A stretch of 64,000 nucleotides of DNA from Octopus bimaculoides (lineage: Eukaryota). Positions within the stretch are counted from its first letter, which is position 1; every line of letters begins with the position of its first letter. Positions 10,180 through 24,034 of this stretch are shown one piece after another. The stretch lies in contig NC_068983.1 in assembly GCF_001194135.2 (NCBI RefSeq), forward strand, positions 62,752,827-62,816,826. Direction: 5' to 3'. The notes beneath the pieces were generated by a model, which saw only the letters and a program-made list of their open reading frames with translations, was not told the DNA's origin and did not search any database. The position numbers and the translations under genes are program-made.

Positions 10180-11601
10180 TGTATTTTTATATTCTTTTTT
10201 TTTTTACTCTAGTCAATGCCGGGGTAGTGAAGAGTGTTGAGCGCCCATCACTTATAAAATGCCCCAATGGCTTGCACAAGACCCGTACTCTAACAGTCAA
10301 TCCCGACTCCTTCGCCAAACCAACAGGAGAAAAGTGGGAAAAGTGCCGAGTATTTAGAGTCTGCAAATAACCAGTGCTCAGGGTAGGATGTACTCATTAG
10401 CCTTGAATAGCAAGCAGGCTAGGAGAAGGAACACTCTGAGTTCAAAACCAGTGGAGCAAGGTCCCTGCCGCTTTGGCGGATTACCTTGATAGAGTTGATG
10501 TCTCGATAAAAATACCGGTTGGTAGTAACCTAAAAACACACTTGGTTTGTGAGTGAAAATGCCAAGCAAAATAAATTACGATAATGGTGTGATAACGGTG
10601 TGCAGGTGCCCCACTGCAGCAGGGTGGGCCTTGTTGTAATGCAGCTACTGCTAGCCATGCTACAAGACATGTGGAGAAAAGAATGATTGTTATGGAGTAT
10701 TACTACCGGAGCACCCCAGTGGATGCGAATGGTGTGCCTGTCAGAGGGTACAGAAAACCAATGCACAGTGAATAGAAGGCAATGGAACTGTTTCAAATTA
10801 CTCAACAGAGATTATGTGACCAAGGAAGAGCAATGCGAAAGAATAGATAGTTTGCAGAATTGGTGCTAGAAGCTATTAAAAGAAGGGTATTGGGTGATGT
10901 TGCGCATGCAAGAAACGAAAGTGGTATTATGGAAGAGATGGACAATTGTTTGCGAGGATATAATACTGTGGATTGTGTAAGAAGTGAGACCAGTGAATAC
11001 TCAAACAATGACGATCGATTAATAATAGACAGTATATTGGTTCTACGAGGGTGAGTCAAAAAGTAATGCCATTTTGTTTAGGATAGGTATAATTACCAAC
11101 ACAGGAACATATATCATACATCAAAATGAAGCTACTTCTCAACATAGTCACCATTTCTCTCAATAGCAATGTTCCACCTTCGAATGAGAGCATGTATCCC
11201 TGCCCCGTAAAATCCTGTTGATTGTTCTTTGAGCCACTTCTTCCCTACAGTTTTCACTTCCTCGTCACTGGAATAATTTAGCGCCTTCAGGCTATCATCT
11301 CTTCGGCTCCATGATAGAGGGAGGGTTTGAGAGGCAAACATTATGTCAGAGAAATCGAAATTGACATAGGTGTAGAGCAAGCCCCCAAAATCTGTTCTGC
11401 TGGTGACAGCTAGGATTTTTTGAGATAGGTACTTGGATGCTGAATGTATCCAACGATAATTAACAACGAAGAAGTATCAAATCTTATCACGTGCGGAAAG
11501 AGACCCTGTGAGACCTATGACAGTTGGCTGCTGTTAGCTCTCATAGAATCTACGTGTCAAACAAGACCGGATGTTCTGAGAAGTAAAACAACAACAACAA
11601 T
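10180..11601 (+). mobile_element. R4/Dong-clade LINE retaining both ends but lacking the RT/RLE core, interrupted by a mariner fragment
   Basis: N-terminal motif MIVMEYYYRSTPVDANGVPVRGYRKPMH..QQRLCDQGRAMRKN..ELVLEAIKRRV at ~10683-10890. C-terminal EIDIGVEQ..KIC..TARI..VLGC* at 11346-11443 (frameshifted). (AAC)nAAT at both ends (10160-10179 and 11585-11601). Confidence 0.7.
11044..11345 (-). mobile_element. Mariner (Tc1/mariner) fragment: one TIR plus transposase C-terminus
   Basis: TA-CGAGGGTGAGTCAAAAAGT mariner-type TIR at 11044. Minus strand encodes YSSDEEVKTVGKKWLKEQSTGFYGAGIHALIRRWNIAIERNGDYVEK*. Segment 11281-11344 encodes APSGYHLFGSM..GLRGKHY on the plus strand, so it is inverted. Confidence 0.85.
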
Positions 11602-12319
11602 GACATAAGAAAATAACAGGAATAAGAGGAAGATAAGAAGGAAAAAAGAGAACAACAACCATAGCAACGTTGCTATTGATGATGATGATATTTTAAGAGG
11701 ACATTAAAATTTCAACATGCTATTGCTCGTAGTTCAACGTTTCTTTTTGACTTTTTAGTTCACTACAATTTGTTGCTGGTAATATCTGCAGGGGATTCAG
11801 GAGAATTCTGGTGTATAATTTACAAATAACCCAGGAACATAAGTAGATGAAATGTAAAAGTTAGTTTTACCACTCTTCTCTAAAAGTTGATCAACATTAT
11901 TATAATCATGAACATAATTACGGCGGTTGAGGATCCCCTGTTATTAACATGTTGTGCTTTTGAAAGCATCTCAATGCCTGGAATTTCAGAAAACAGTAAT
12001 ATTAAATTGAATATCTCTCTAATTTAAGGTAAAGAGTGGGTATTAAAATTCTTGAAATGTGCACACTACAAAATGGAGTAGTAAAATGTCAGGCTGATGA
12101 TCTTTCCCAGAATCTTAGACGTTTATAAAGTAGATTCTATCAATAGTCAATCGATCTTTACACTTGATCCACCGAGTCAACAACAAGTTTTAGAACTTAT
12201 ATTCTTATAAACTTTATACACTGGACTCTCATAATCCTTCGCATCTCCTTACGTTTCCATGTTACTATCACATCGAAAGTATTATTCAATTCAGAAAATA
12301 AGCCAGATTATTCATTCAT

Positions 12320-12350
12320 CCATCCATCCATCCGTCTGTCCGTCCGTCCC

Positions 12351-12382
<32 letters not shown>

Positions 12383-12410
12383 TCTGTCTATCTGTCTGTC
12401 TGTCTGTCTA

Positions 12411-12478
<68 letters not shown>

Positions 12479-12480
12479 CA
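12320..12480. repeat. Compound tetranucleotide microsatellite (CCAT)/(TCTG)/(TCTA)
   Basis: Direct reading of the sequence. Confidence 0.95.
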
Positions 12481-12774
12481 TACACGTACATGTATATGTT
12501 TATGTATATGTATATGTTTATGTATAAAAATCCAAGAAAAGAGTACTCATTATATGAATTATCGTTTATATTGGGAAACGCAACGTGTTTCATGCAGGCA
12601 AATACACGAGATATTTACCAGGAATCTTTCAGATGATATTGCGAATGGTGAAACTGACAGTTGCCATTCGTCACTTCGTAATTGCAATTTAAATATCTGT
12701 TTCCACTGGTAAAACTAGTCATATGTTCGGACTTGTGGCTGTTTGTAGAAGTAGAGGTCATGTACTAATGTCTA

Positions 12775-12915
12775 CAAACGCCGTCGATGTCGACTCTACC
12801 TTTTATCCTTTCGGTGTCGATAAAATAAATACCAGTTGAGTACTCGGATCAGAGTAATCGACTTAACTCCTCCCCCAAAGTTGCTGGCCTTGTGCCAAAA
12901 TTTGAAGCCAATATT
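12775..12915 (+). mobile_element. SINE family B, 5'-truncated
   Basis: GTCGACTCTACCTTTTATCCTTTCGGTGTCGATAAAATAAATACCAG...AAAGTTGCTGGCCTTGTGCCAAAATTTGAA. Confidence 0.75.
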
Positions 12916-13055
12916 AACAGCTCTAGTAAAGGACTATCATTGAATCTGATATATAAGGCGCATAATTTTATAAAAAATAAAATAATAAAAACTTGGTGTC
13001 TCACGGGATTTGCAGTGATAGAATATATTGGTAAAGATTTGAATAGCACAATAGA

Positions 13056-13056
<1 letters not shown>

Positions 13057-13089
<33 letters not shown>

Positions 13090-13179
13090 TAGACAGAGTA
13101 CATACCATACGCACATATATGCCCATATATACATACATACATATAAAGATATGTACTCACATATACATATCTATGTTTG

Positions 13180-13210
<31 letters not shown>

Positions 13211-13220
13211 TTGGGTGCAT

Positions 13221-13290
<70 letters not shown>

Positions 13291-13300
13291 TCGTGTGCGC
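13057..13300. repeat. (TG)n-rich microsatellite region
   Basis: Direct reading; this tract is the source of the spurious CVCV ORFs. Confidence 0.95.
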
Positions 13301-14804
13301 GCGCATTCAGTTGTTTATTTATTCAATGGTTGAAACTTGCTGGAGCCTTTGGGTATTGTGCTGATGCATTGTTAATCAGGTTTCGATATATTCATGAGGA
13401 ATTTTTAACCTGTTTTCACAAAACCCCTTAAAATTTCAGTCATTGTCCTCCGTAGATGATTTAAATAAAACTTAAAATCTATCCACTTTTCCATACATTC
13501 ATCTATCCATATATTTATGTATGTATATATGTTTATATGGATGGATGAATGGATGGATGGATGGATGGATGGAGGGAGGGATGGATGGATGGGTGGATGT
13601 GTATATATTTGCATGTAGTTATATAAATCATTATCTTTATTGTTGCTACTTCTGAATAGTACCAATATCTTACAGCCATTCTTAAACTGTAACAATGAAA
13701 CATTCGAAGAAGTCACTCATTTAATTTGAAATATAACTTATTGCCGGTCCTTCACTGACTTGTGAGACGTAGTGATACTCAACTTTATTCCGACTACATT
13801 TCTGTTTATATAGCTTTTTATGCATTTATCCTGTTAATATTATCATATGCTTAATTGGATTGAACTGTCAAACTATACAATTTAAAAGATAATTGATTTA
13901 TCTTATATTATCAGATATAAATGATACGCTTCATATTATCATGTACGTTATTGGACAGCATCAGCGTCGAGTATTCTATATTGTATACAATTCACTAAAG
14001 TAATATAGCCATATGTTGATATAATAATAATATATTCAAGTATTGGACATATCAGCGCTTTCCTCTGAAACAAATTATAGTCGCTGGAACTGAACGATCT
14101 AGAGAAGATAAAGTAAAAGGCAAATGTAGCTAAACCCGAGGGTTCGGAGAGAAGGAAGCAAACGATGTGGTGGTGAGAGTGTCATCTAGAAGATCCAGAG
14201 ATAATAAACAAAATGGTAAACTAAACGATTGAGAAAGGATAAGCGGAACAAACCAGCAGAAATAATCTAAAAGATACAGAGACGATTATATTAGAGATCT
14301 AATGAAAATATTCTAAATAAATCAGACAGCATAAAATAAAGCATTTAGTGAAGATAAAACTCAGGCAGGAATGTATTGGTTTATTAGTAATAAATAAGTT
14401 TCAGCTTGGAACTGAATCCTTGTCACTGTTTCTATTTTGTAACTGCATCAGTTGCTCAAGGAGGTTCATTTTAAATGTCTTAATGACCTGGTCGTGGTAG
14501 TGCAATGAAAACTTTGAATCTTAGTTAATAAATGAAAATAGAATTTTACACTTTTTGTGTGTTTTCAGATGACTAAAATGTCTCTTCCATAATATAATTT
14601 CGAGTGATGTGAGCTTAAAAAATCTAGCTTAGCTAAGGTAAACAAGAGATAGCAGCAATATTCACTCCTGATCAGGCTAACCATCATATGATATTCAAGT
14701 AGCCCAAATGGAGAATTTGATGTTGTGACAAATGCTACTTGTATACACATATGATAAATATATTATCAATTATATCAGTCGATTTGTAAAGAGTTATGAA
14801 ATAG

Positions 14805-15062
14805 GCGCAGGCGTGGCTGTGTTGTAAGAAGGTTCAGTCCCACGATGTGGCACCTTGGGTAAGTGTCTTCTACTATAGCTCCGGGCCGACCAAAGCCTTG
14901 TGAGTGGATTTGATGGGCAGAAAGTGAAAAGGGACCGATAGAATAAGTAACTTGGCTTAAAAAATAAGTTCTGGATCGATTTGTTCGACTAAAATCCTTC
15001 AAAACGGTGCTCCATCGTGGCCGCAGCCAAATGACTGAAACAAGTGAAAGAATATAAGAAAA
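14805..15062 (+). mobile_element. tRNA-derived SINE family C (CORE-like), internally deleted
   Basis: GGCGCAGGCGTGGCTGTGTTGTAAGAAG/GTTCAGTCCCAC..GGCACCTTGGGTAAGTGTCTT (resembles CORE CCTTGGGCAAGT) joined to the 3' part ..CGGTGCTCCATCGTGGCCGCAGCCAAATGACTGAAACAAG. Confidence 0.7.
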
Positions 15063-15204
15063 GAAATAAAAGTAATTCTCACCTGTTTCTAAGCAAGGTA
15101 ATATTCCTCCATTCACAAAAACAAATACAAATGTAGGACACCGCTTCTATGATGATGACCACGTTTAAAACTATTGCACGCTGTCAATATGATGAATCCA
15201 ACAA

Positions 15205-15417
15205 GGTAGAGCTGGCAGAAACTTTAGCACACAGGGCGAAATGCTTAGAAGTATTTCGTCTGCCTTTACGTTCTGAGTTCAAATTCCGCCGAGGTCGACT
15301 TTGCCTTTCATCCTTTCGGGGTCGATAGATTAAGTACCAGTTGCGTACTGGTCTCGATCTAATCGACTGGGCTCCACCCCTAAAATTTCGGGCCTTGTGC
15401 CTAGAGTAGAAAAGAAT
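15205..15417 (+). mobile_element. SINE family B, near full length
   Basis: GAGCTGGCAGAAAC-TTTAGCAC..GTTCTGAGTTCAAATTCCGCC (B-box-like)..CCTTTCGGGGTCGATAG..GGGCCTTGTGCCTAGAGTAGAAAAGAAT. Confidence 0.85.
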
Positions 15418-16440
15418 ACAGGGAATTCAACGCCGCACGCACGCAAACACACACACACATGCATACATATATTTACACACACTCACACACATATACGATG
15501 CGATTCTTTCAGTTTCCCTCTAGCACATCTACCCACAAGGCTTTTATTAGATATGAAAGGCGACGGATGTAATAGAAGACACTTGCTCAAGATTACACCC
15601 ATAGTTCTGAACCTGAATCCACATGGTTATGTAGCGAACATAGACATACTCGCATGTTAATTAGAATTACAAATTTTTGAAATAGAAAGCTAATGACGCG
15701 GGGAAAAAGCTAACGGTTTTTTCAAGTCGAAAAACAGGTCCGTTATCACAATGAAATGTTTTAATTATGAGCATGAACTGAATAATTACAAAGATAAATA
15801 CAGCAAGTCCCGAGAAGAACGGCTATTTATATTCCGAGATAAGTTCCCTTTAATCTGTGCTATTTTACTCGAGTTACACACCATCAAGTATTAGATTACA
15901 GAGAAAAACAAGACACACAAAAAATTTAGGGTTGTACATAAATAATTTAAGGCTTCCCATGACTGAAGATGCATGAAAATAACATACTACATTACATGAA
16001 ATTTATATTACTATGCACACAGAAAAGGATTATTATGAACACAGTTCAAGCAACGTTGCACAAAATGTCTGCACCTCAGATCTATATTTGCATCGATCCT
16101 ACCTTGTGTTATTCTGAATGTAATAATGCTCTGCCAGTGATTGCAACTAGCAGTGTAAATCTTATGTAATGAGGGTGCGAATTTGATGACTTGAGTATTA
16201 ATCAGGCGGAGGTAGATGCAGTGCATACTGCTGCAACTAACGCAAAACACTGCGTTGATTGCATCGTGGTATTTAATGTCATAGTTCTCGGTGTAGATAT
16301 AAATATATCGGCTTTGTACGGATTTGACTTTTAACACCATCATATTTTATTTATTTCGGACATAACTGCGTGAATTCTATCACGCTAGAATAAATTGAGA
16401 TCATACATCCACTCACATACTTATGCACAGGCACGCTCAT

Positions 16441-16533
<93 letters not shown>

Positions 16534-16669
16534 CACGCGCACTCATAGAGGTGTGCATACACACGAGCACATAAAATTCAGAATCTTATATAAACTTTCA
16601 ATATACTCATAAATCAGAATTTATATAGTACTTTCTACCTTCTTCATTCGCAGTCTTACTGTCTCCTTA

Positions 16670-16707
<38 letters not shown>

Positions 16708-17039
16708 TCACACACACATATGTATATATACTAACTATTTACAGTATATGTACGTCTATATATACATAAGTACACATGTATTTAACACCTACACGTAGAT
16801 TTATGCACACACGCTTGTATTTGCACATTACTTAGTACTTGTGCAACAGTGTTTCAGCTGCGATTTTAATTCAAAGAGAAGACATGTGACACTAAAGCGA
16901 GGTATTTTGCCTGTCAATACGCCGTTTATACTTTATCCTTACCTTCAGTCACAGCAAAATACCTCAACAGCATATACATTCTACCAAAATCTTCTCAGTG
17001 TTTCCTCGCTAATGGAATGATAAAATAAATATTTGTAAT

Positions 17040-17428
17040 TTGTTGTTAGCATTCCGCCGCTTACGACGTCGAGGGTTCCAGTTGATCCGACCAACGGAAC
17101 AGCCCGCTCGTGGAATTAACGTGCAAGTGGCTGAGCACTCCACAGACACGTGTACCCTTAACGTAGTTCTCAGGGAGATTCAGCGTGACACAGAGTGTGA
17201 CAAGGTTGACCCCTTGAATTACAGGTACAACAGAAACAGGAAGAAAGAGTGAGAGAAAGTTGTGGTGGAAGAGTACAGCAGGGTTCGCCACCATCCCCTG
17301 CCGGAGCCTCTTGGAGCTTTTAGGTGTTTTCGCTCAATAAACTCTCACAACGCCCAGTCTGGGAATCGAAACCGCGATCCTATGACCGCGAGTCTGCGGC
17401 CCTAACCACTGGACCATTGCGCCTCCAC
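17040..17428 (-). mobile_element. Full-length tRNA-derived SINE family A (~390 bp) with TSD
   Basis: Minus strand has A-box TGGTCCAGTGG, B-box GGTTTCGATTCCC and an (AAC) tail. The 12-bp TSD reads AATATTTGTAAT (17028-17039) and AATATTTGCAAT (17430-17441). Confidence 0.9.
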
Positions 17429-20400
17429 TAATATTTGCAATATACCGAAAGAAATATATCAAAAGAAATAAATGCTGTTGATTCTAAGATAATAAGCAAC
17501 TCAAAACCGGGATTGAAGATTCCTTTCTGATTTTATGTTAATACTCTTATTACCTTAAGATGCTCAAGGTCTCTGCAAAAGACAATTACCTCTTTTTTTT
17601 TTTTTTTTTTACAAAGGGATGCTTTGTCTCTCAGAAAAGTGAATTGATTTTACTATCTGTTGCAGTTTCAACAGATCTAAGTGTAGACTATTAATGATAA
17701 GAGATATTGTTGGACAGCGGGTTATGTGCCCTGTATTATTTTGGTTGTTAACATTACATTTTCAGTTTTAGTACGCCCGGGTTGATTTTGTTATACCTTT
17801 CATATTTGGGGCATCGATGAAATTAAGTTCCAGTTAAGTATTGCATAAATTTAATGAATATTATTCTCCTTTGAAGTTTGCGATTTTTTTAATGCTAAAA
17901 ATATACGTTAATTTTGTCAAGAGTGATGTAAAATTTCCGTCTTACATTTCATTTTCCATTGAATTCCGTCATTGGATTCCCACCATTCTGGAGAAATACA
18001 TCTTCAAGAGTTTAAGTTAATCATATGTATTATAGTTCTGGAAGGTGTAAGGTGTATAACTAATGGGACATAATTTAGCGTTCAAATCTCAGCCAGGTTC
18101 TTTCAAAATTACTGTTGTATACACACTGCTTTTTATTCCATGCTATATTTTCATGTTTGTTAAATAACAAAACTAAGCAGATATAACAAATAAGGGAGTT
18201 CATTTGCTGTGTTACATAAGTTTTTTTGCAATATAGTATACTATATGTCCTCTGGTTGAGCCTGCTGGCATACCGTAAGCCTCAAAAATATAAGTAACAA
18301 AAAGTTTGAATCCTAGGACCAAATTCCGACACTAGAAATTAATTGTTAATTTCTATAGTGTCTTTTACAATAAATACGAGCGCGAAGTTCCGATTGTTTC
18401 TCATTGCATGGCATACTGAAAAATTTTCTTTTATGTAACATCAGTGGTAAACTGTTTGGAAGTACAACAGATGAACTGTGTCTGATCTTGACTTTTAGAC
18501 TGAATCCGTGGCACGGTCTAAGTGGAGCCCATTATATTGCAAACATTTGCAGCATGTCTCTAGTATAAATCTGAAACCTCCAAAATATTTTATGGGTGCA
18601 ACTTCGATAAAGCAATAGAAAATGCAAGCCTTATGAAAAACACTAATAAGGATTTAATGACACACTGATAAGTCCCCTATTCAGGTTCGTAGCTTTTTAT
18701 AGATATAACTAAAATATCGATGTTCGAAATCCTATGGTGTGTTTTACTAATGACAGTTGCACTGCTGTCTACTAGTCCAATTCACACAGCAGTAAACAAT
18801 TGGCATTGAGTAGTCAATTTTATCGTTGCACTTGGACACAATAAATTGGTTAGTAAGTCCATTAGTTACTGCTGCCGGGTTCAAATACTGTCATGTTCCT
18901 TATAGAAAGAGGAATGAGGCAGACGTACATTATATATTCTAAATCAGAAGATACAATCTTTAGATTTTAGTGTGTCGCATTTTTTTGCAACGGTGTCTTA
19001 ATTTCTAACTTAACTTTTCCATTAGGAAATGAAAGGTGAAAATAAAGTTTGTTTTATATGCTGAAGTGACAAGCCAATGCAGATGAGAAAGAAGTTGCAC
19101 ACATATAATATATAATCTCTCTCGTTCATTCTCTCTCACTTTTTCTTCCACTGTCCCTGTGTCTGCCTGTTTGCCTGTCTGTCTCTCATTAAAAGCAGGA
19201 AGTCACATAATCCGTTGACGTGTAAGGTTGCCATTAAAAGCTATATCTTCATGAAATTGCTTGAAAGGAAACTGAACTAATTCCTTTGGATGTAATATCA
19301 CATCGAGGTGGTTTAGCACTTCAACTTAACGAAAAATCAGATATCTTTACATTTTGTGTATAGACTCGTACGATAACACAATGATACCCCCGGCAACTTA
19401 TGAACGTAAACATTTGATTTCTATAAAGTAATTATGTTACAAGTACGAGTTGTAATATATGTACATCGTAAAACGCATGCATCTGCTTTCTGATCACGTC
19501 GAAAGGTATTTGCTAATTTAACTTGAATACAAAATAGGAAGACGTGTAAATTTATTTTTAATTGAGATTATAAAGAGAAACTTCGTAATACGTTAATGGC
19601 TGATTTAATTGTAATTATGATCTAATGAATCAAAAACTTTCGCTATTTAATGGTTAAATTACTTTCAATGATCAAGGAGCTGATCTTCGTTAATTCTATA
19701 AGCATGATTAGCAGATTATTTTAGAATGTGAAATTTTAATCATTTCTGGCTATTCTTGCAGCTGCTGTAGTGTCGTTTCAAACGATTTCCTTTATTAAAC
19801 GTTCTAATTATTACATATTAATATATGCTTGCCTATATGGTTGTTAACTCTTTTCACATTAACCATACATAATTAAGCTAGCAAAGCAAGGTTTGTATTT
19901 CTGTATAGTATGACGAAATGGATAGCTAAAAGCAGTGAAGAATACAAACGAAAGGGAAAATAATTATTGCTTATAGCTAATAACAGGGGAAACACTGAAA
20001 TGAGATGCATCATTTATTCGTTAGCAAGCAGCAATAGCGGCAAAAACTGATTCCGAAGAGAAATGAAATAGAGGAGAGATCAGCTCGAGTAGCTTATCTT
20101 CTACCCTAAGGTGCTCAAAATAGCGTTAATATATTTTTAATATTCAACTCTCCGAGGACGCAAAAGTGACTGGAGCAGATGGTATCGATTAAACCCCTAT
20201 CTTCATGATTGCTCGACTTATACTAAAATTGGGAAACAATTTATATCTCTCTTTATTATGGCAAAATCTCTATATTTTCTTAACAGAAGAATATATCATT
20301 GGGACGTACCTAAGTTTGTATAGTGATATAAAACAATGTCTCACTTTTTGCCTTTCGATGAAAATTGGAGTCACTTCACTGTCTTAGCTTGCTGTGTACG

Positions 20401-22822
20401 TGTTGTTGTCCAAAACCTCTATCCACAGTACATCTGTATTTCTACATTAAACTTTAACAAACTATCGATGCAAAATAGAAATTGTATTTATACTGTAATT
20501 CATTGCGACACAAAGAAGTGTAGAACAATAAGTCGCTGAAATATAGAATTAAGAATAGCGATTAAGAAAGATTGTTTGGGGGAAAGAAATGGAGAATAAA
20601 GCACGAAATACCTTCTGATGGCTTGACGTCTCCCTCTTTCTTTCTCACTGTATAACCCTTTCTACGTAATGAGTTCAAGTCCCACTGTGGATAACTATTT
20701 TTACCCCTGTTTCTCGTGATAACAAAGTACAAGGAGTTTATATCTTTTCAATAACTTACCCTTCTTTTAAATAACATCTACTTGTGTTCGCCTCGCCACA
20801 GTCACAATACTAATGTTATTTTGACATAGATAGGAAATAATAGTTTATTGAAAGAAGCGTTCCAGCTTTGAATAACGTGTACTTTGGTAAATCCAAAACT
20901 GCATTATTCAAAATTTCCTTCCATGCATTTAAAAGAAATTTGTGAGAGATTTTACAAGTATTTGTAGCAGGTTGAGTGGCTGTGTGGTAACTCCCTTGTG
21001 AGCCCAACATACTGTAATACTTACTTCAGCATGGTAAATGTCTTTGAAGGACATGAATACTCTCCTGCTGTTTTTTTCATGTACGTATTCGAAACACACG
21101 AAAACTGCCGCTTCTCTGTTTCGCTGAGTTATACCGACATTTCTGTCTGATACGAAATTATATCTCTGTACCGAACTAAGACTTGTTGGCTTGACTTGTT
21201 GGTGATAGCAGCTAAATTTCTTTTAGATTGCAGCCTATGGTTTTCAAAATAACGACCAACGTAATCCTTGAAATATTATCAGAGAGGATGGTACGAATAG
21301 AATGACATTGATCGTAGTGTTGTTCAGTGAAGGCTGGCTTCAGACTGAACAACAATCTGAGATATTTAATACAAGTGTAAACGTTGTGCTGTCCCCATGT
21401 CGATCATTTCTGAGAAGACATATGAACAAAAGCGCATCATCTATGACAGTTCTATTAATTATTGAAACTCAGTAACCCTAGAATCACACTACCCAATGTG
21501 TCCCCTCCCATGTTTTTAGAGAGGCTTCGTAAGGGGATTTAGCCACCTGTCCTGGCAAGGTCATACGGTGGCGTAGAGTTTTCCTCGTTGGTTCGATACA
21601 ATTTTATTATCAATTGAAGCTATGTAACTTACATATCCAGCAAAAGTAACGAATAAACTGTTGAATGCAAGCTAGAAATATAAGGCAGCATTGTTGTTGA
21701 TATTAATGTCGAGGGTGCATTTATTGTTGTTATTGCTGCTCTTGTAGGTGCTGTTGTTGTGAATTAACCCTATACTATTCTAAGTAGATCTATGATGAAA
21801 GGTGCTTCAACATCAGCTCGTTCTTCTAGCATTTCGCATCCAGGATTTATGTCATCCAATCTTGCTGTCTCTTTTTCAAAAAGGTTTTCCGTAATTTGAC
21901 GGACATTTTTATTCTATTTCTTGCATTTCGAGTGACCACTTAGTGGATCCATTGTTGACTAGTTTGTTTAAGAGAACAATTACTTTGCAGTCTAATCCTG
22001 CACTACTGGATAAGTAGGAAGAAGATTGTGGCAACTGCTCCACAAAACTATTCACGTTAGGATCTGGCTGCTGCCATTATATTCGTGTTTGACGTTTTGG
22101 CTCTGAATCCTGATCTTGTAGATTAATGTCTAATGTTGTTAGAATCGAGACCATCACGGCCTTTTTAAGTATATGTAGAACTACATTATCTAATGTGTTG
22201 ATGCAGTAGAGTTTCATTTTCACTGCTATTTCTAGTAGACTGAGCGTTTACATAGATACTCCAATTTTGGTTCAATATTGTTGCTACTGCTGCTGCCCTT
22301 GCTGATGCTGTTATTGTTTTTGTTGTTGTTGTTGTTGTTGTTGTTCTTCTTCTTCTTCTTCTTCTTCTTCTTCTTCTTCTTCTCGTCCTCCTCCTCCTTC
22401 TTCTTCTTTTTTTTCTTCCTCCATATTTTACAGATACCTTCTTTCTCATGATCAGCACAATCGTCTGCTCGAATATCAAGCCCTCCCGTGTTTCTCGTAA
22501 TTATAACCTCAGTAATTTTATTTGACAAATTATTAGCAGGACAATTAAAACGTTGAAAGAGAAGTGATTTATTCGGTAAAAATGTCTAATTGTTTCTAAT
22601 TTCTAAACAAAGTAAATTAAATGGTTGTTCCTGACAAATACTGATATTATATTTTACACTTTACGGCAATGTTTTTCGCCAAAAGTTTCGATAATATTAC
22701 ATGCAACTAATTAGTAATGTTGTGTTTTACGACTGCAATAGCTTTTATCAACAGTTAATTTCAGGAAACAATTAAAAAAAATCACAAACTTATGTATCAC
22801 TCAATTTACAAGCATGATTTTC

Positions 22823-22849
22823 TCATCATCATCATCATCATTAGCATCG

Positions 22850-22880
<31 letters not shown>

Positions 22881-22888
22881 TAGCATCG

Positions 22889-22919
<31 letters not shown>

Positions 22920-22927
22920 TAGCATCG

Positions 22928-22960
<33 letters not shown>
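22823..22960. repeat. (CAT)n microsatellite with 39-bp higher-order periodicity
   Basis: TAGCATCGT interruption recurs three times between (CAT)n runs. Confidence 0.9.
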
Positions 22961-23034
22961 GTAGCAGCAGCAGCATAAGCATCACTATCATCATTATTAT
23001 TATTTCTCTTTATCACAGGTTTTGTTGGAGTTCC

Positions 23035-23098
<64 letters not shown>

Positions 23099-23819
23099 TT
23101 AAGGAAACTTAGCATGATACGATATAATAATTGACATCGCATAATCGCCAAATGAGAGACATATTTCCATTAAGCGTATCGGCTTTACAATCAAAATGAA
23201 AAAGAGGCTGACTAAATAATGATGTATTGTGACTAAAAGACAGAAAATTATGTTTAAAAGAAGCTGATAATTATGGTTTCTGCGGGCAAGCTAAATGATC
23301 CTATTGAATTACTAGACATTGTCCATTTCTCTTGATATTTCGTTAATCAACTGTTTAAAGATTACATTCTTAACTAATTCAGTTGTTTATGTGTGTCCAG
23401 TATGTCAGCTGAAACGTCGGCCCTGTCGCGCTAACGAATAAGACGCCTACGTGGCATATCGACTGAGTAGAAATAGCAGCTGAATGCTTTCAAATCCCAC
23501 TTTATCATGTTAAATCTACAGTTTCGATCTGAATGTACAAAAAGACTGGCTGGACACGATAGGAACACTCGATCGTAGGCTTACTCAGTTAAAGATGGCG
23601 TGGAATTAAAAGATTGAAGCACAACATAAATCGATGTGACTGAAGTAAAATGGCCTCAAACAAGAATCAAGACCACGTCACTGCTTCGACTTCTGGGAAG
23701 GTTAATTGTTGCACTAAGACATTGGTAACATCAGGTAAATCATAATCAAAAGGACCTACAATATTAAGCGCAGTCATTCCGTCTTCAGAATTGAATGTAA
23801 GTGTACACGACATGATGTC

Positions 23820-23945
23820 ACATTTTAAAAAAATGTTGGCACAAGGCCAGCAAAGTCGGGGGAGGAGTAAGTCGATTACATCGACTGCCCTGTTTCACTG
23901 GTACTAATTCTATCGATCCCGAAAGGATGAAAGCAAAGTCGATCT
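23820..23945 (-). mobile_element. SINE family B, 3' half
   Basis: TTGGCACAAGGCCAGCAA..GAGTAAGTCGATTACATCGAC..CTGGTACTAATTCTATCGATCCCGAAAGGATGAAAGCAAAGTCGA. Confidence 0.75.
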
Positions 23946-24034
23946 TGTTTTTTTTTTTGGTCATAAGAGGTTTTGCCTGAAGTAACGCTTTGTTCCGATA
24001 GTAATGCAAAAATGTGCAGACATTTTTTTTAATT

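Noticed and set aside
10200-10420. Possible HDV-like ribozyme in the R4/Dong 5' UTR (TCCTTCG L3-like word at ~10306)
   Set aside because: I could not build P3, P1 or P2 pairings. A covariance search of the family consensus would be needed.
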